Part shown: positions 50,314 to 60,610 of the stretch, one piece after another
Layout: every line of letters begins with the position of its first letter
Position numbering within the stretch: the first letter of the stretch is position 1
Assembly: GCA_963766075.1 (NCBI GenBank)
Contig: CAVYAN010000026.1
Coordinates: 1 to 64,000 of the forward strand
Direction: 5' to 3'
Length of the DNA stretch: 64,000 bases
Source of the DNA: an uncultured cyanobacterium
GTDB taxonomy: Bacteria; Cyanobacteriota; Cyanobacteriia; Leptolyngbyales; Leptolyngbyaceae
Translations under genes and position numbers: made by a program
The notes under the pieces: generated by a model
Seen by the model: only the letters and a program-made list of their open reading frames with translations
Told to the model about the DNA's origin: nothing
Database searches by the model: none

Positions 50314-51120
50314 CTAAGCGATCTCTGCCGTCACTAAAAAAACTCGGCCCACATCCGGAACATCACGGGGAGGGAATGCGTTGGGAAAACGGCCAAAATC
50401 GGCTCCTTGCTCCCCCGGTTGCTTGACCGTCGCCTTCCATCCATAGTTGACCAAGAATGCTTCCGGTTGATCAACCCCAAATCGGAAATATCCTTTGAAG
50501 GGTTCGTATTCCAATCCTTTAAGATTGACAGTATCTAAACCTAACTTGCTGCCTGGACTGACCAATTCTGAAATGGTTGAAAAGAGTGTATGAACAACAG
50601 GTTGTGTTAGATACATCAACAATCCTTCCAACAACCAAATCGATGGTGAGTCAATCTTGTATCCTTGCGCCAGAAGTAGCGGTTTCCAGTCCTGCCTCAG
50701 ATCCGCCGCAATGGTACAGTGCCGACACGCTGGAGAAGCCGTTTGGAGAATCGCCGCCTTGTGAGCAAGCACTTCAGGCTGATCCAATTCGTAGACCGTC
50801 GTATCCGGGGGTAAAGAAAGACGAAAAGCACGTGTATCCATGCCTGCGGCGAGAATGACAATCTGGCGCGCTTCAGCCATCGCAGAAAGAATGAAATCGT
50901 CAAAGTATCGAGTCCGCACCGCTAAATAGGCTGTATCTTGCGCTGTAAATTGCTCCTCAAGCAACTTAAATGCCTCCGGCCCCGCCAAGCGATGCGCAAA
51001 ATTATCCTCAAACAGAGAATCATCCCTGGCGGTTTCCAGTGCCCGCATTGCTGCTGTTAAACGCGCAGAGAACGGAACAAACGTTGTCGCATCTGATCGA
51101 TGATTTTCGGCAGCAGTCAC
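50314..51120 (-). CDS. SAM-dependent methyltransferase (LCM-like)
   Basis: RTRYFDD, QIVILAAGMDTR, YELD and LLEGLLMYL; GTG start with GGAG RBS. Confidence 0.9.
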   Translation of the reverse strand: MTAAENHRSDATTFVPFSARLTAAMRALETARDDSLFEDNFAHRLAGPEAFKLLEEQFTAQDTAYLAVRTRYFDDFILSAMAEARQIVILAAGMDTRAFRLSLPPDTTVYELDQPEVLAHKAAILQTASPACRHCTIAADLRQDWKPLLLAQGYKIDSPSIWLLEGLLMYLTQPVVHTLFSTISELVSPGSKLGLDTVNLKGLEYEPFKGYFRFGVDQPEAFLVNYGWKATVKQPGEQGADFGRFPNAFPPRDVPDVGRVFLVTAEIA

Positions 51121-51154
51121 ATTGATTCTCCAGTTTTCAAAGACAGCGATCGCC

Positions 51155-51556
51155 CTATAAAACGGTATCCGATGGGGCATCAATAGTGGGCACCGCCTTG
51201 ACTTCCACCGCATTGACATCAATTGTCCCTGGAGGCGTCACGCGGTGAAATAGGCCATCTTCTGCTTTCAGCGATTCACCACAACTAGGGCAGTTGAACT
51301 CAGAGCCCTTAAGGCTCATAAATTCATGGCTACAAACAGGACAAGCCGCTTGCACTAAACTGCGCTGCAACCACCAGCGAAACCCCATAAAGGCAATTAC
51401 GGGTGCGGCCAACAGCAGCCCAATCAAAATAAAGAACGACTTGACCAACCACCCAAGACCGATAGAACCGAGCAACCACAGCAGGGCAAACGGTAGCAGG
51501 AAGCGGCTCACTTCAGCCAGTCCAAGCTGTAGATTCTTCATATTGTCCTGATTCAT
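51155..51556 (-). CDS. Conserved-type membrane protein with zinc ribbon
   Basis: TM segments, CPVC...CPSC and PGTIDV. Confidence 0.8.
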   Translation of the reverse strand: MNQDNMKNLQLGLAEVSRFLLPFALLWLLGSIGLGWLVKSFFILIGLLLAAPVIAFMGFRWWLQRSLVQAACPVCSHEFMSLKGSEFNCPSCGESLKAEDGLFHRVTPPGTIDVNAVEVKAVPTIDAPSDTVL

Positions 51557-51595
51557 GGCCGTCTCCCACGTTGCTGAACTTTCGCCATATCCATC

Positions 51596-52516
51596 CTAAT
51601 CAGAAATTGCCCCGATGCTGCGGGCCGGATTTCTGGTCTTTTCGGCAAACATACCCGTTCCCCGCAGCAGATCCAAAAACGTAAACACCGCCGGGGCATG
51701 AAGCGCCTCTGCCAATACCGCCGCCCCAATGATCCGCTCCAGGGGCACGGGCAGCGATCGCACCTGGACCCCCGGCGGAATCGGAATGGCCGCAAACCGA
51801 GGCAAAATCGCCGCCCCTAACCCCTGGGACACCATGCTGACAATGGTCGAGTCTTCCTTGATTTCATAGGCAACCCGCAGGGTTTGGTGCCACTGTGCCC
51901 AGTGATTCCGCACCGCCGAGGTGCATTCTGCATAGTTATACAAGATAAATGCATAGTTTGAGAGCTCTTCCCAGGTGAGGGTCTCGGGCACGGGTACGGC
52001 AGTTGGGGGCAATAACACCACAAACTCATCGCGGGCGATTTCCCAGGTTTCTAAGTCCCCGGGCGATCGCGGCAACGGCACCAGGCCAATATCCACTAAA
52101 CCCTCACGCAAAGCCTGTTCCACCCCGGTTGGATCATCCTCCGTCAGCTTAACTTCCACCCCCGGAAACCGCTGCGAAAACCGCACAATCAGCGGTGGCA
52201 ACAGGTGTGTAGCGGCACTGCGAAACGAGGCAATCCGGACCTGCCCCTCCTGCATGCTTTTTTCTAAATTGACAATATGGTCCATGCCGTCGCGGGCCAG
52301 GAGCATCTGCTCCGCATGGCCCACAATCCGCTCACCAATGGAAGTAGGCCGCGCCCCAAACCGCCCCCGCACCAGCAAACTAACCCCCAGTTCGGCTTCT
52401 AACGCGGCGATCGCCCGACTCACCGCCGACTGTGACAAATCCAACTTCAACGCTGCCGTCGAAAAACTGCTGTGCTCCACCACGGCCAGGAACACCCGTA
52501 AATGAAAAACATTCAT
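51596..52516 (-). CDS. LysR-family transcriptional regulator
   Basis: SFSTAALKLDLSQSAVSRAIAALEAELGV and VSQGLGAAILP. Confidence 0.95.
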   Translation of the reverse strand: MNVFHLRVFLAVVEHSSFSTAALKLDLSQSAVSRAIAALEAELGVSLLVRGRFGARPTSIGERIVGHAEQMLLARDGMDHIVNLEKSMQEGQVRIASFRSAATHLLPPLIVRFSQRFPGVEVKLTEDDPTGVEQALREGLVDIGLVPLPRSPGDLETWEIARDEFVVLLPPTAVPVPETLTWEELSNYAFILYNYAECTSAVRNHWAQWHQTLRVAYEIKEDSTIVSMVSQGLGAAILPRFAAIPIPPGVQVRSLPVPLERIIGAAVLAEALHAPAVFTFLDLLRGTGMFAEKTRNPARSIGAISD

Positions 52517-52981
52517 CGTCAGAATCGATTCACTTTTTGCATGGATATGCACCGTAAACGGTTTTGATCCGCTGGAACACTTGAGTTAGGGTATGTTTAC
52601 AAATCGTTAAACGAAGCCACCGCATTTTGCAGCCCGTCTCGGTCAATCCGCCTAGTTAAAGGACCTGTTCTGTAATGTGTGATGTCCTGCACCCGCTGGG
52701 GTAATGCCCTTTGGGATCATGCCCGCTAAGGTCCGTCAGGACAGACCATTTAGACAGATCGTGATTTTTCCCGCTGGGTGGTCCATTCTGAATCAAATCG
52801 GTGACACGGTCGGACCCATAGACCTGCCCCGATTGCGGATTCAGAGCCGTGTGCGGCTGTGCAACTGTGGCCTTGAGGATACGACATTGACCGTGGTGTG
52901 CCCCCACCAGCCCTCCCGATCAGGCCGTGTATTCACATCCAGATTATTCACATTCAGACTTTGTACCCACACCCTCGTCCT

Positions 52982-53473
52982 ATGTTTGAGTTACTCGCCT
53001 ACGAAAAGTTTCGCGATACCCCCAAGGTTCGGTTTTTCGATATCACGGTAGCCAATTCCAATGCCCGTGACTTGGTGTTTCATGATGGCCCCGCCACCAG
53101 TCCCCACGATAGTCCCGATGGCAGTTGGCAGTTTTACCTCCATCCCAACCAAGAAGACAACCTATTGGCCCTTTCCGGTGGTCGCACGTTCTATTTAGTC
53201 AACTTTAGTTGGGAATATCCCTTCCACATGGTGCGCTTGGAAGCGGGCGGGGAAATTCTGCGACTACCGCCCGGTACGTTTCACCGTTCTGTGTCCGATC
53301 CGAATGGCTCGTTAGTGCTGAATCAAGCGGTCCGGACCGCTGCCGCTACAGTGGCCAGTGAGTTTCGCGTTTACAACAGCGGCGAGATTCCTCGCCTGTT
53401 GCGGGTAACCTCGAAAACGGCCTCTCCCCCCAAAATGCATGGGTTCAACAAAATCGATCTCCGTGTTGCCTAG
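52982..53473 (+). CDS. RmlC-like cupin protein
   Basis: FYLHPNQEDNL and LPPGTFHRS cupin motifs. Confidence 0.8.
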   Translation: MFELLAYEKFRDTPKVRFFDITVANSNARDLVFHDGPATSPHDSPDGSWQFYLHPNQEDNLLALSGGRTFYLVNFSWEYPFHMVRLEAGGEILRLPPGTFHRSVSDPNGSLVLNQAVRTAAATVASEFRVYNSGEIPRLLRVTSKTASPPKMHGFNKIDLRVA

Positions 53474-53591
53474 GCTCATAGGCTCACGACAGGCGATCGC
53501 CCGACTCCGGATACAGGATGTCGTCGATCGCCTACAGCATCTACATAGAGAATAGAGATCCTGGCTTAGGTCACAGCAGCCAGGATCTCTA

Positions 53592-55583
53592 TCAGGCCAG
53601 CGGAACGGCTGTTTCTAGGGCCTGCACGGCCAACTTTACCAAATCATAGAACGGGGGCTGGCAAACGTTCACTTGCTTGAGCGCCTGACCCGCCTGACTG
53701 AGAGTGCCGACTTTTTGGCCCTGCTGAACCACCAAGAGTTTGCCAGCATCATTTTCGATCTGGAGTTCGGGGCGGGGGAATTTTTGGATCAGGCTACAGT
53801 AGTATTTGCGATCGCCCTGCCAAAATTCCGTGGCTTTTTCGGCCACGGTTGGACTTGGCAGACGCACCCCGATAATCTCCAGCTCAACGGAGATTTCGCC
53901 CTGCCACTCGTTGGTCCGTACCCGGTAGGCAATATCCACCCGCTGGGGCAAGGGGTAATACTCTCCCCAGCGCCACGCGATCGCCTTCAGGGTTTGGGTT
54001 GGATCATCCTGGCTAACGGTGAGTTTTAGGTGTCCTTTGCCGATTAGGCGCTGGTCGTGAATCCAGACATTGGCGGACCAAAATACGGGATCGGGGTTGG
54101 CAATACCACAGGGATGCAGGGCATCAATTTGGGCATACAGCGCGTGATCGATCGCGGCCAAGGGCGCTTGAACATCCACGGTGACCAGGGGTTTCAAATG
54201 TTCTGGCTGTAGACAGCCGTGGGCAAAGTCCCGCAGGTGCGATCGCAGGGCCAACAAATTTTCCGCCGGCAGGGAGAAGCCGCCCGCCGCCCGGTGGCCC
54301 CCAAAGCGTTCCAGTACGGATTCACACTGTTGCAAAGCGGCAAACACATTGAATTCGGGAATGCTGCGGGCCGAACCCCGGATATGCTGCTCGTCTTCGT
54401 AGGTGCCAATAAAAACGGGCACCCCATAACGCTCCACCAGACGCGAGGCGACAATGCCGATTACGCCATGGTGCCAGTTAGGTTGCACCACCACCAGAAC
54501 CCGATCGCCCTGGGGATCTCCGGATTCACCGGATTCGCAGACCGCGATCGCCTCTTGCTCAATTTCCTGGCAGAGCTGTTGCCGCTGTTGATTAATTTGC
54601 TCACACTGCATGGCCCGCTCCAGCGCTGTGCCCAGATCCGTCGTGGTCAGCAGCTCGATTACAATTTGCGGATCGGCCAGCCGACCCACCGCATTAATTC
54701 GAGGCCCAAGCCGAAACCCGATCGCCTCCGGTTTCAAATCCTGGGCACCACTCAATCCGGCCACTTGAATCAGCGCCTCAATCCCCTCAATTTTGGACCT
54801 GGGCAACAGTTGCAACCCCCGCTTGACCCAGCGGCGATTGACTCCGGTCAAGGGGGCCAGGTCGGCGATGGTACCCAGGGTGAACAGTTCCAGCAAAGCA
54901 TTGCCCAAGTCCTGGGATCTGCCGAGGCTTTCAGCCAGGCAGGTCGCCAGCACGTAGGCCACACCAACCCCCGCCAAGCCTCGGTAGGGAGAAGTCTCGG
55001 CAATTAGTTTGGGATTGAGGATGGCATTGGCGGGGGGAATCTCCAGCGGCAAGTCGTGGTGATCCGTAATGATGACGGTTAGTCCTAGCTCGCGGGCACG
55101 GGTAATGGGTTCCACGGCGGCAATGCCATTATCGACCGTCAGCACCAGGGACACGCCTTCCTCGTAGAATTCTTCGATGATGCGGGTGTTGATGCCGTAG
55201 CCTTCGCTCATGCGGCTGGGAATGGCGTAATCCACTTGGGCTCCCAGACTCCGCAGCGATCGCAGCAATAGGGCCGTGCTGGTCATGCCATCGGCGTCGT
55301 AATCGCCGCAAATCGCAATTTTCTGCCGCTGATTAATCGCATTGATCAACAGTTCTAGGCACAGGGCCAGATCGGGAAAATCTTCCAGCGGCGAAGGCAA
55401 TGCCCCCTGCTCCGGCTGTAAAAACTCCATAGCTGCCGCCGCCGTCGCCAAGCCACGATTCAGCAAAACCTGGGCCAGGAGAGGGGAAAGCTGGGTCGCT
55501 TCAGCGATCGCCGCACTGGCCGAAGCCTGAGAAGGCGCAATGTGCCAACGCTGATCGGGAAACTTACCGGGAGAAACATTCAC
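53592..55583 (-). CDS. recJ: Single-stranded-DNA exonuclease RecJ
   Basis: GDYDADG, TVDNG, ITDHH, GPRINAVGR, GSARS and GGHRAAGG. Confidence 0.97.
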   Translation of the reverse strand: MNVSPGKFPDQRWHIAPSQASASAAIAEATQLSPLLAQVLLNRGLATAAAAMEFLQPEQGALPSPLEDFPDLALCLELLINAINQRQKIAICGDYDADGMTSTALLLRSLRSLGAQVDYAIPSRMSEGYGINTRIIEEFYEEGVSLVLTVDNGIAAVEPITRARELGLTVIITDHHDLPLEIPPANAILNPKLIAETSPYRGLAGVGVAYVLATCLAESLGRSQDLGNALLELFTLGTIADLAPLTGVNRRWVKRGLQLLPRSKIEGIEALIQVAGLSGAQDLKPEAIGFRLGPRINAVGRLADPQIVIELLTTTDLGTALERAMQCEQINQQRQQLCQEIEQEAIAVCESGESGDPQGDRVLVVVQPNWHHGVIGIVASRLVERYGVPVFIGTYEDEQHIRGSARSIPEFNVFAALQQCESVLERFGGHRAAGGFSLPAENLLALRSHLRDFAHGCLQPEHLKPLVTVDVQAPLAAIDHALYAQIDALHPCGIANPDPVFWSANVWIHDQRLIGKGHLKLTVSQDDPTQTLKAIAWRWGEYYPLPQRVDIAYRVRTNEWQGEISVELEIIGVRLPSPTVAEKATEFWQGDRKYYCSLIQKFPRPELQIENDAGKLLVVQQGQKVGTLSQAGQALKQVNVCQPPFYDLVKLAVQALETAVPLA

Positions 55584-55647
55584 AAACGCTACCGAATAAT
55601 AGGGCTAAGGCGATTTCCAAGAAATAATATACCCACTGGGTAATCGA

Positions 55648-55747
55648 TCCGCTGGCTGAGCGGAGTCAAAGCCAGCGGCAGATTGCTCCCTTCGACTCCG
55701 CTCAGGGAGCAATCTGGGTCGGTAGATTCTTGCATAGAAATTTCCTA
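55648..55747. repeat. REP/MITE-like element
   Basis: GCTGAGCGGAGTC...CTTCGACTCCGCTCAGGGAGCAATCTGGGTCGGTAGATTCTTGCATAGAAATTTCCT. Confidence 0.7.
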
Positions 55748-56025
55748 AGAGGGAACTAAAGGTTCCAAGGGAACAAAGAGCCTGGGCCGACGATACCGTC
55801 AGAAAGACGATACCGTCAGAAAATTATGGCCTAATTTACCGCAAAATCCCTGACGTCGCTACACTGGAATGGCTCATCAAGGCAAATGGGTTTGGGATGA
55901 CGCGCCGTCGTGCTGGAGAACTGCCCTCCCATCCACTGCCCTACGCCGGCCCTGAATGCAAAGCCCTTGCTCCAAAATCCAAGCTCTCAAATCCCCCTGC
56001 TCCGTCGCACTGGAGGCGACTGTTG

Positions 56026-56580
56026 ATGATTTATCCCAAGTACTTTTCTGCAATGAAGGCGTTCGTTCTGATTAGTGGCACCCTGTTCGGACTATGGGCT
56101 AACGGTAGTTTGCCGGCCTACGGACAAGGTGCTGCCCCCGCTACGCCCAGTGCATCACCCGCTGTGCCCACGCCCCCTGCGCAAGCGGCACCATCGGTCC
56201 CCGCCCAACCAGTTTCCTCGGAGGATCTCCAAAAATTTGCCAAGGTGGTCAAGCAGCTTTTGGCCTTGGACCAAGCGACAGAGGCCGAGATGGTCACGGC
56301 GATTGAAAAGGCGGGCTTACCCAAGGAACGGTTTTTAGTGCTTTATCTGGCGAAGCGGGATCCCGCAGGCAAGCCAGATGTAAAAATCACCGCGGATGAA
56401 GCCAAACAATATGCCAATGCTGAAACACAGGTCACGGCCATTCAGAAGAATGCGATCGCCAAGCAGGACGAAGTGATTAAGGCGGAGGGCTTTAATGGAC
56501 AGCGGTTTAACCAAATTATGAATGCCGTGCAGGGAGATCCCAAGCTACAGCAAGACTTGAAGAAAATGCTGCAAAGCTAG
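56026..56580 (+). CDS. DUF4168-like exported protein
   Basis: Signal peptide, Pro/Ala linker, VSSEDLQKFA and RFNQI...DPKLQQ. Start uncertain. Confidence 0.75.
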   Translation: MIYPKYFSAMKAFVLISGTLFGLWANGSLPAYGQGAAPATPSASPAVPTPPAQAAPSVPAQPVSSEDLQKFAKVVKQLLALDQATEAEMVTAIEKAGLPKERFLVLYLAKRDPAGKPDVKITADEAKQYANAETQVTAIQKNAIAKQDEVIKAEGFNGQRFNQIMNAVQGDPKLQQDLKKMLQS

Positions 56581-56845
56581 TCGCCAACAGCGAGTCTAGA
56601 AAGTAGAGGACAGCGAATATGAGGCAAAAGAACAGGGGGGAAATCTCGGGGTAGGGGGCAACCGGATGAGAGGCATGGGGAGAACATGGGGTAGGTTGCC
56701 GAGTGCGGTTACAATTAAACCTCTCGCCAGAGGTCTCCGAGTAGAGATTCACATAAAGGCGTTTCGATTAGATCCGAAATAGGGCAGTTGAATCGGACGG
56801 CCCCGTCTGAAGTCCCCATTGCACTTGTCCCCTTTTTTCTTTGCC

Positions 56846-58666
56846 ATGATGCATTCTCGATCCTGTTTCATACCTTATCGATCGCTTTGTCTTAACTTGA
56901 TGCGCTCTGCCGGGATCAATGTATTGATCGGATGGCTGGGAGTTATGGCCACGGCGGGCGGGGCGATCGCGGCCGAGCGGATCTTTGTTTCCTATAATCT
57001 ATTGGAGCGCTCTATTCCTTTAGCGTCGCTGGAGACCTACGCAGCCACGGGTAAGGTGGATCGCCCCCTAGCCATCTACGCTCAGTACGCCAAACCAGAC
57101 GATCTGAAACAATTGCGCAGCATTCTGCTCGCCCAGGCAGACCTGAGTCCCGTGGCCATGTCGCAGTTTCTTTACAGTCCCCAGGGAGAAGTACTGCTGA
57201 AGCGATTGGGCGAGGTAATTCAGCCGGAATCCCGCATATCAGGCTTTAAGGCGATTCGCGCGGCGCTGATTTTGGCGGCGGCAGATCCGGAAGGATTAAC
57301 ACTGCTAAATGTTCTGCGGAAGTTCCCCACCCGTGGCCTGCGGATCGACGTGGAAAAGAGTCTAGAAATTGCGGTGAGCTTAGAACGGGTTGTCAACGAT
57401 ACCCAACAGGCTGCGGATGCCGTGATCCAGCAGTCTGTGTTGGAGCAGCAAAATCCAGAGCCACAGGGCCCAGGACCGCAAGGCCCAGAGCCACAAGGTC
57501 CAGGCAATCCACCTGCGGGACGGGTGGACCTACGGCAGCGTGGACCGTTTGGGGTACGACAGCAGACCCTAACCTTGGTGGATACTCAGCGCCAGACGGG
57601 TTTACTCCCTGGTCTGAATCGTCCGCAGCCTAGGGCGAGTGGCGATCGCACGGGGCGATCTCTGCCTGTGGATATCTACATGCCCGTGCCCCGCATTGCA
57701 CTTGGCCCAGCACGCTATCCCGTTATCGTAATTTCCCATGGCCTCGGATCCGACCGTACCACCTTTGCCTATCTGGCAGAACATTTGGCCTCCTACGGGT
57801 TTGGGATTTTGGTTCCAGAGCATCCCGGCAGTAACAAACAACAATTAAAAGCCCTGATCAATGGCACGGCCCAAGAAATCGCCGAACCCGCAGAATTTAT
57901 TAATCGACCTTTGGACATTACTTTTTTGCTGAACAAACTGGAAGGCAACAGCACTCTGAGCGCCCTGAATTTTCAGCAGGTGGGTGTCCTTGGGCAGTCG
58001 TTTGGTGGGTATACGGCCCTAGCCATTGCCGGGGCCCCAATCAATCCCACCCAACTGCAACAGGACTGCCAACCCCAATCCCTAGAAAATACCCTGAATT
58101 TATCCCTGCTGCTGCAATGCCAAGCGGAAAAGCTAGCCGTAGAACACCCCCCTTTGCAGGATGCGCGGGTGAAAGCCGTGATTGCAATCAATCCCATTGC
58201 CAGTAGTGTGTTGGGACGGGCAGGAATCAGCACCATTCAAATCCCGACCCTGATCGTGTCTGGAATTGCCGATACCGTGGCTCCAGCCCTGCCGGAACAG
58301 ATTGCCCCCTTTACCTGGCTGACGACTCCCTCTAAATATCTGGTTACCCTCGATCTCGGCACCCACTTTTCGACGCTCAATGACGCTCAGGATGTTGATA
58401 ATCCCTTGGATGTGCCACCAGAGGTGATCGGTCCCAGTACGGCCTTAGCCCGCCGCTATATGAGTGCGTTGAGTGTGGCGTTTTTTCAGACCTATGTGGC
58501 GAATCAACCGGCCTTTCGGACCTATCTGAATGCCGCCTATGTCCAGACAATCGCCGAACCCCCGATGCCGTTACACTTGGTGCGATCGTTTACCCCGGAA
58601 CAGTTGACCCAAGCCATCGCCCGCAGAAGGGCTAAGCCATCTGCCCCAGTGCCACCCCGTCCTTAG
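56846..58666 (+). CDS. DUF1400-containing alpha/beta hydrolase
   Basis: AAERI, ALILAA, SHGLGS and GQSFGG. Start uncertain. Confidence 0.88.
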   Translation: MMHSRSCFIPYRSLCLNLMRSAGINVLIGWLGVMATAGGAIAAERIFVSYNLLERSIPLASLETYAATGKVDRPLAIYAQYAKPDDLKQLRSILLAQADLSPVAMSQFLYSPQGEVLLKRLGEVIQPESRISGFKAIRAALILAAADPEGLTLLNVLRKFPTRGLRIDVEKSLEIAVSLERVVNDTQQAADAVIQQSVLEQQNPEPQGPGPQGPEPQGPGNPPAGRVDLRQRGPFGVRQQTLTLVDTQRQTGLLPGLNRPQPRASGDRTGRSLPVDIYMPVPRIALGPARYPVIVISHGLGSDRTTFAYLAEHLASYGFGILVPEHPGSNKQQLKALINGTAQEIAEPAEFINRPLDITFLLNKLEGNSTLSALNFQQVGVLGQSFGGYTALAIAGAPINPTQLQQDCQPQSLENTLNLSLLLQCQAEKLAVEHPPLQDARVKAVIAINPIASSVLGRAGISTIQIPTLIVSGIADTVAPALPEQIAPFTWLTTPSKYLVTLDLGTHFSTLNDAQDVDNPLDVPPEVIGPSTALARRYMSALSVAFFQTYVANQPAFRTYLNAAYVQTIAEPPMPLHLVRSFTPEQLTQAIARRRAKPSAPVPPRP

Positions 58667-58766
58667 CCCTCGGTGAATTTTCGGCGCTTCGTTTTTGGGG
58701 GGCACTATTTTTGGGGGCATTTTGGGGGGGCATTGTACTGAGGAGAAAAGGGGTTTGGGAATTGTG

Positions 58767-60560
58767 ATGGTTAGACGCTATGGGGCTCTGCTAGGGGCGA
58801 TCGCCCTAGGGGCTGTACTCCGTTTTTGGCATTTAGATGGGAAGCCCCTCTGGCTGGATGAGGTGATCACGGCACTGTTTAGCTTGGGGCACAGCTATAA
58901 TGACGTGCCCCTAGAGCAGGTTTTTCCCGTAGCGGCATTGGGGTCCGTATTTGCCCTGAACCGAGGCACCAGTTGTGCCCAGATTGCCCAGACGATCGCT
59001 GTGCAGTCGGTACATCCGCCGCTATTTTTCTGCTGGTTACACCGTTGGCTAATGGCGGTGCAGGGATGGCCCACCTCTTGGATTTGGCAACTGCGGGCTT
59101 TTCCGGCCATCGTAGGCGTGCTGGCGATCGCGGCCCTCTACCAACTGAATCAGGCTCTGTTTTCTCGGCGGGCGGGCCTCGTGGGGGCAGCCTTTATGGC
59201 GGTGTCGCCCTTTGCCGTTTACCTCTCCCAAGAAGCGCGGCACTATACCTTGCCTATGCTGTTGGTGATCTTCGCCCTACGGAGCATGGTACAGATTCAA
59301 TCCGATTTACAGCTCCGAAAAAATCCCGATCGGTTCTGGCTGGTTTGGATCTTAGTCAATGGTATTGGCTTTTATATTCACTATTTCTTTCTTCTATCAT
59401 TCATCGCACAAGTCATTACGCTGGTCATGCTTCAGGTCAGCTCTCAGGAGAATTCTTGGAAGCACGTCAGGACTCTAAAATCCTTCGGTGCAGAGGCGCG
59501 CAGCATCTGGACTCGGCTCAAATTTTTAGGGGTGGCTATTGCGGCGGTTTGCCTGCTCTATGCCCCTTGGTTGCCCACCTTCATTGGCCATATTCGCCGT
59601 CCTGAGACGGATTGGCTGAGATCGGCAGATCCCACTTGGTTGCATGCGATCGCCCCCTTGTATCAACTGCCCCTAGGTTGGTTGCTGATGCTGGTAGCGT
59701 TCCCGATCACGGGGTGGGGGTGGTTAATCGGTGTGCCGATGGTCCTATTTGCCCTAGGGGTGGCCGGGATCGCGCTACGCCGACTGCGGCGGCTGTGGGT
59801 GCTGCCAGAAACCCGATTGGCCACGCGATCGCTCAGTGTCTATGTTCTAGTAGTGGTCGGGGAGTTTTTGGCGATCGCCGCCATTCTCGGCAAGGACCTT
59901 ACCCAAGTCCCCCGCTATAACTTCATTTACTTTCCCGCCATCTGCGCCTTACTAGGAGTCAGCTTTGCCGTCGATCCGGGTCTTATCCCTGTTACCCGTC
60001 AGGCCACCCGTCAGATCAGCACACGGTTCTCCCCCAACCCCACCCTGCGATGGGTATTCCAGCCACTGTTGTCTCGCCTGTTTTCTCCCCCCTTCATTCT
60101 GATCGTGAGTGTAATTAGTAGCGGCTTGGTGGTTTCTAATGCCGTGCTGGAGAAGTCCTACGCCCCCGACCAAGTGGCCGCCCACGTCTATATTCAACCG
60201 GAACAACCGCGATTGGTTGTCATGGGCTATCAGGATTTACAAGATGTCGCCTTGGGGTTGAGTTTTGCCTTGGCCCTGCGCGACTACGGCATTGATCACC
60301 CTGCTGCCAATCCCAGCAGCCAATTCGTCTTTTTATCGCGCGTTAAAGGCTACGATCCCCTGTGGGAGAAAATTTCCCGGCTTCCTCCTGTTACCCAGTT
60401 TCCCCTTAATCTATGGGTGATTGCTCCAGGCTTAAAGCGGAAAGACTTTCGCTCTCAAATTGCCCTGAGGGATGCCTCCGGCACGGCCAAGACCTGCACC
60501 CTGGATCCAAGCCATTATTATCGGCTCGGTATCCCCTACCAGCGCTACAACTGCCTATAG
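58767..60560 (+). CDS. GT-C (PMT/GT39-like) membrane glycosyltransferase
   Basis: LWLDE, HPPLFF, YLSQEARHY and many TM segments. Confidence 0.85.
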   Translation: MVRRYGALLGAIALGAVLRFWHLDGKPLWLDEVITALFSLGHSYNDVPLEQVFPVAALGSVFALNRGTSCAQIAQTIAVQSVHPPLFFCWLHRWLMAVQGWPTSWIWQLRAFPAIVGVLAIAALYQLNQALFSRRAGLVGAAFMAVSPFAVYLSQEARHYTLPMLLVIFALRSMVQIQSDLQLRKNPDRFWLVWILVNGIGFYIHYFFLLSFIAQVITLVMLQVSSQENSWKHVRTLKSFGAEARSIWTRLKFLGVAIAAVCLLYAPWLPTFIGHIRRPETDWLRSADPTWLHAIAPLYQLPLGWLLMLVAFPITGWGWLIGVPMVLFALGVAGIALRRLRRLWVLPETRLATRSLSVYVLVVVGEFLAIAAILGKDLTQVPRYNFIYFPAICALLGVSFAVDPGLIPVTRQATRQISTRFSPNPTLRWVFQPLLSRLFSPPFILIVSVISSGLVVSNAVLEKSYAPDQVAAHVYIQPEQPRLVVMGYQDLQDVALGLSFALALRDYGIDHPAANPSSQFVFLSRVKGYDPLWEKISRLPPVTQFPLNLWVIAPGLKRKDFRSQIALRDASGTAKTCTLDPSHYYRLGIPYQRYNCL

Positions 60561-60610
60561 TTGCTCAGTAAGGGGCACTACTTGGACAAATGTGGGCTAA
60601 CCCAAAGGGC

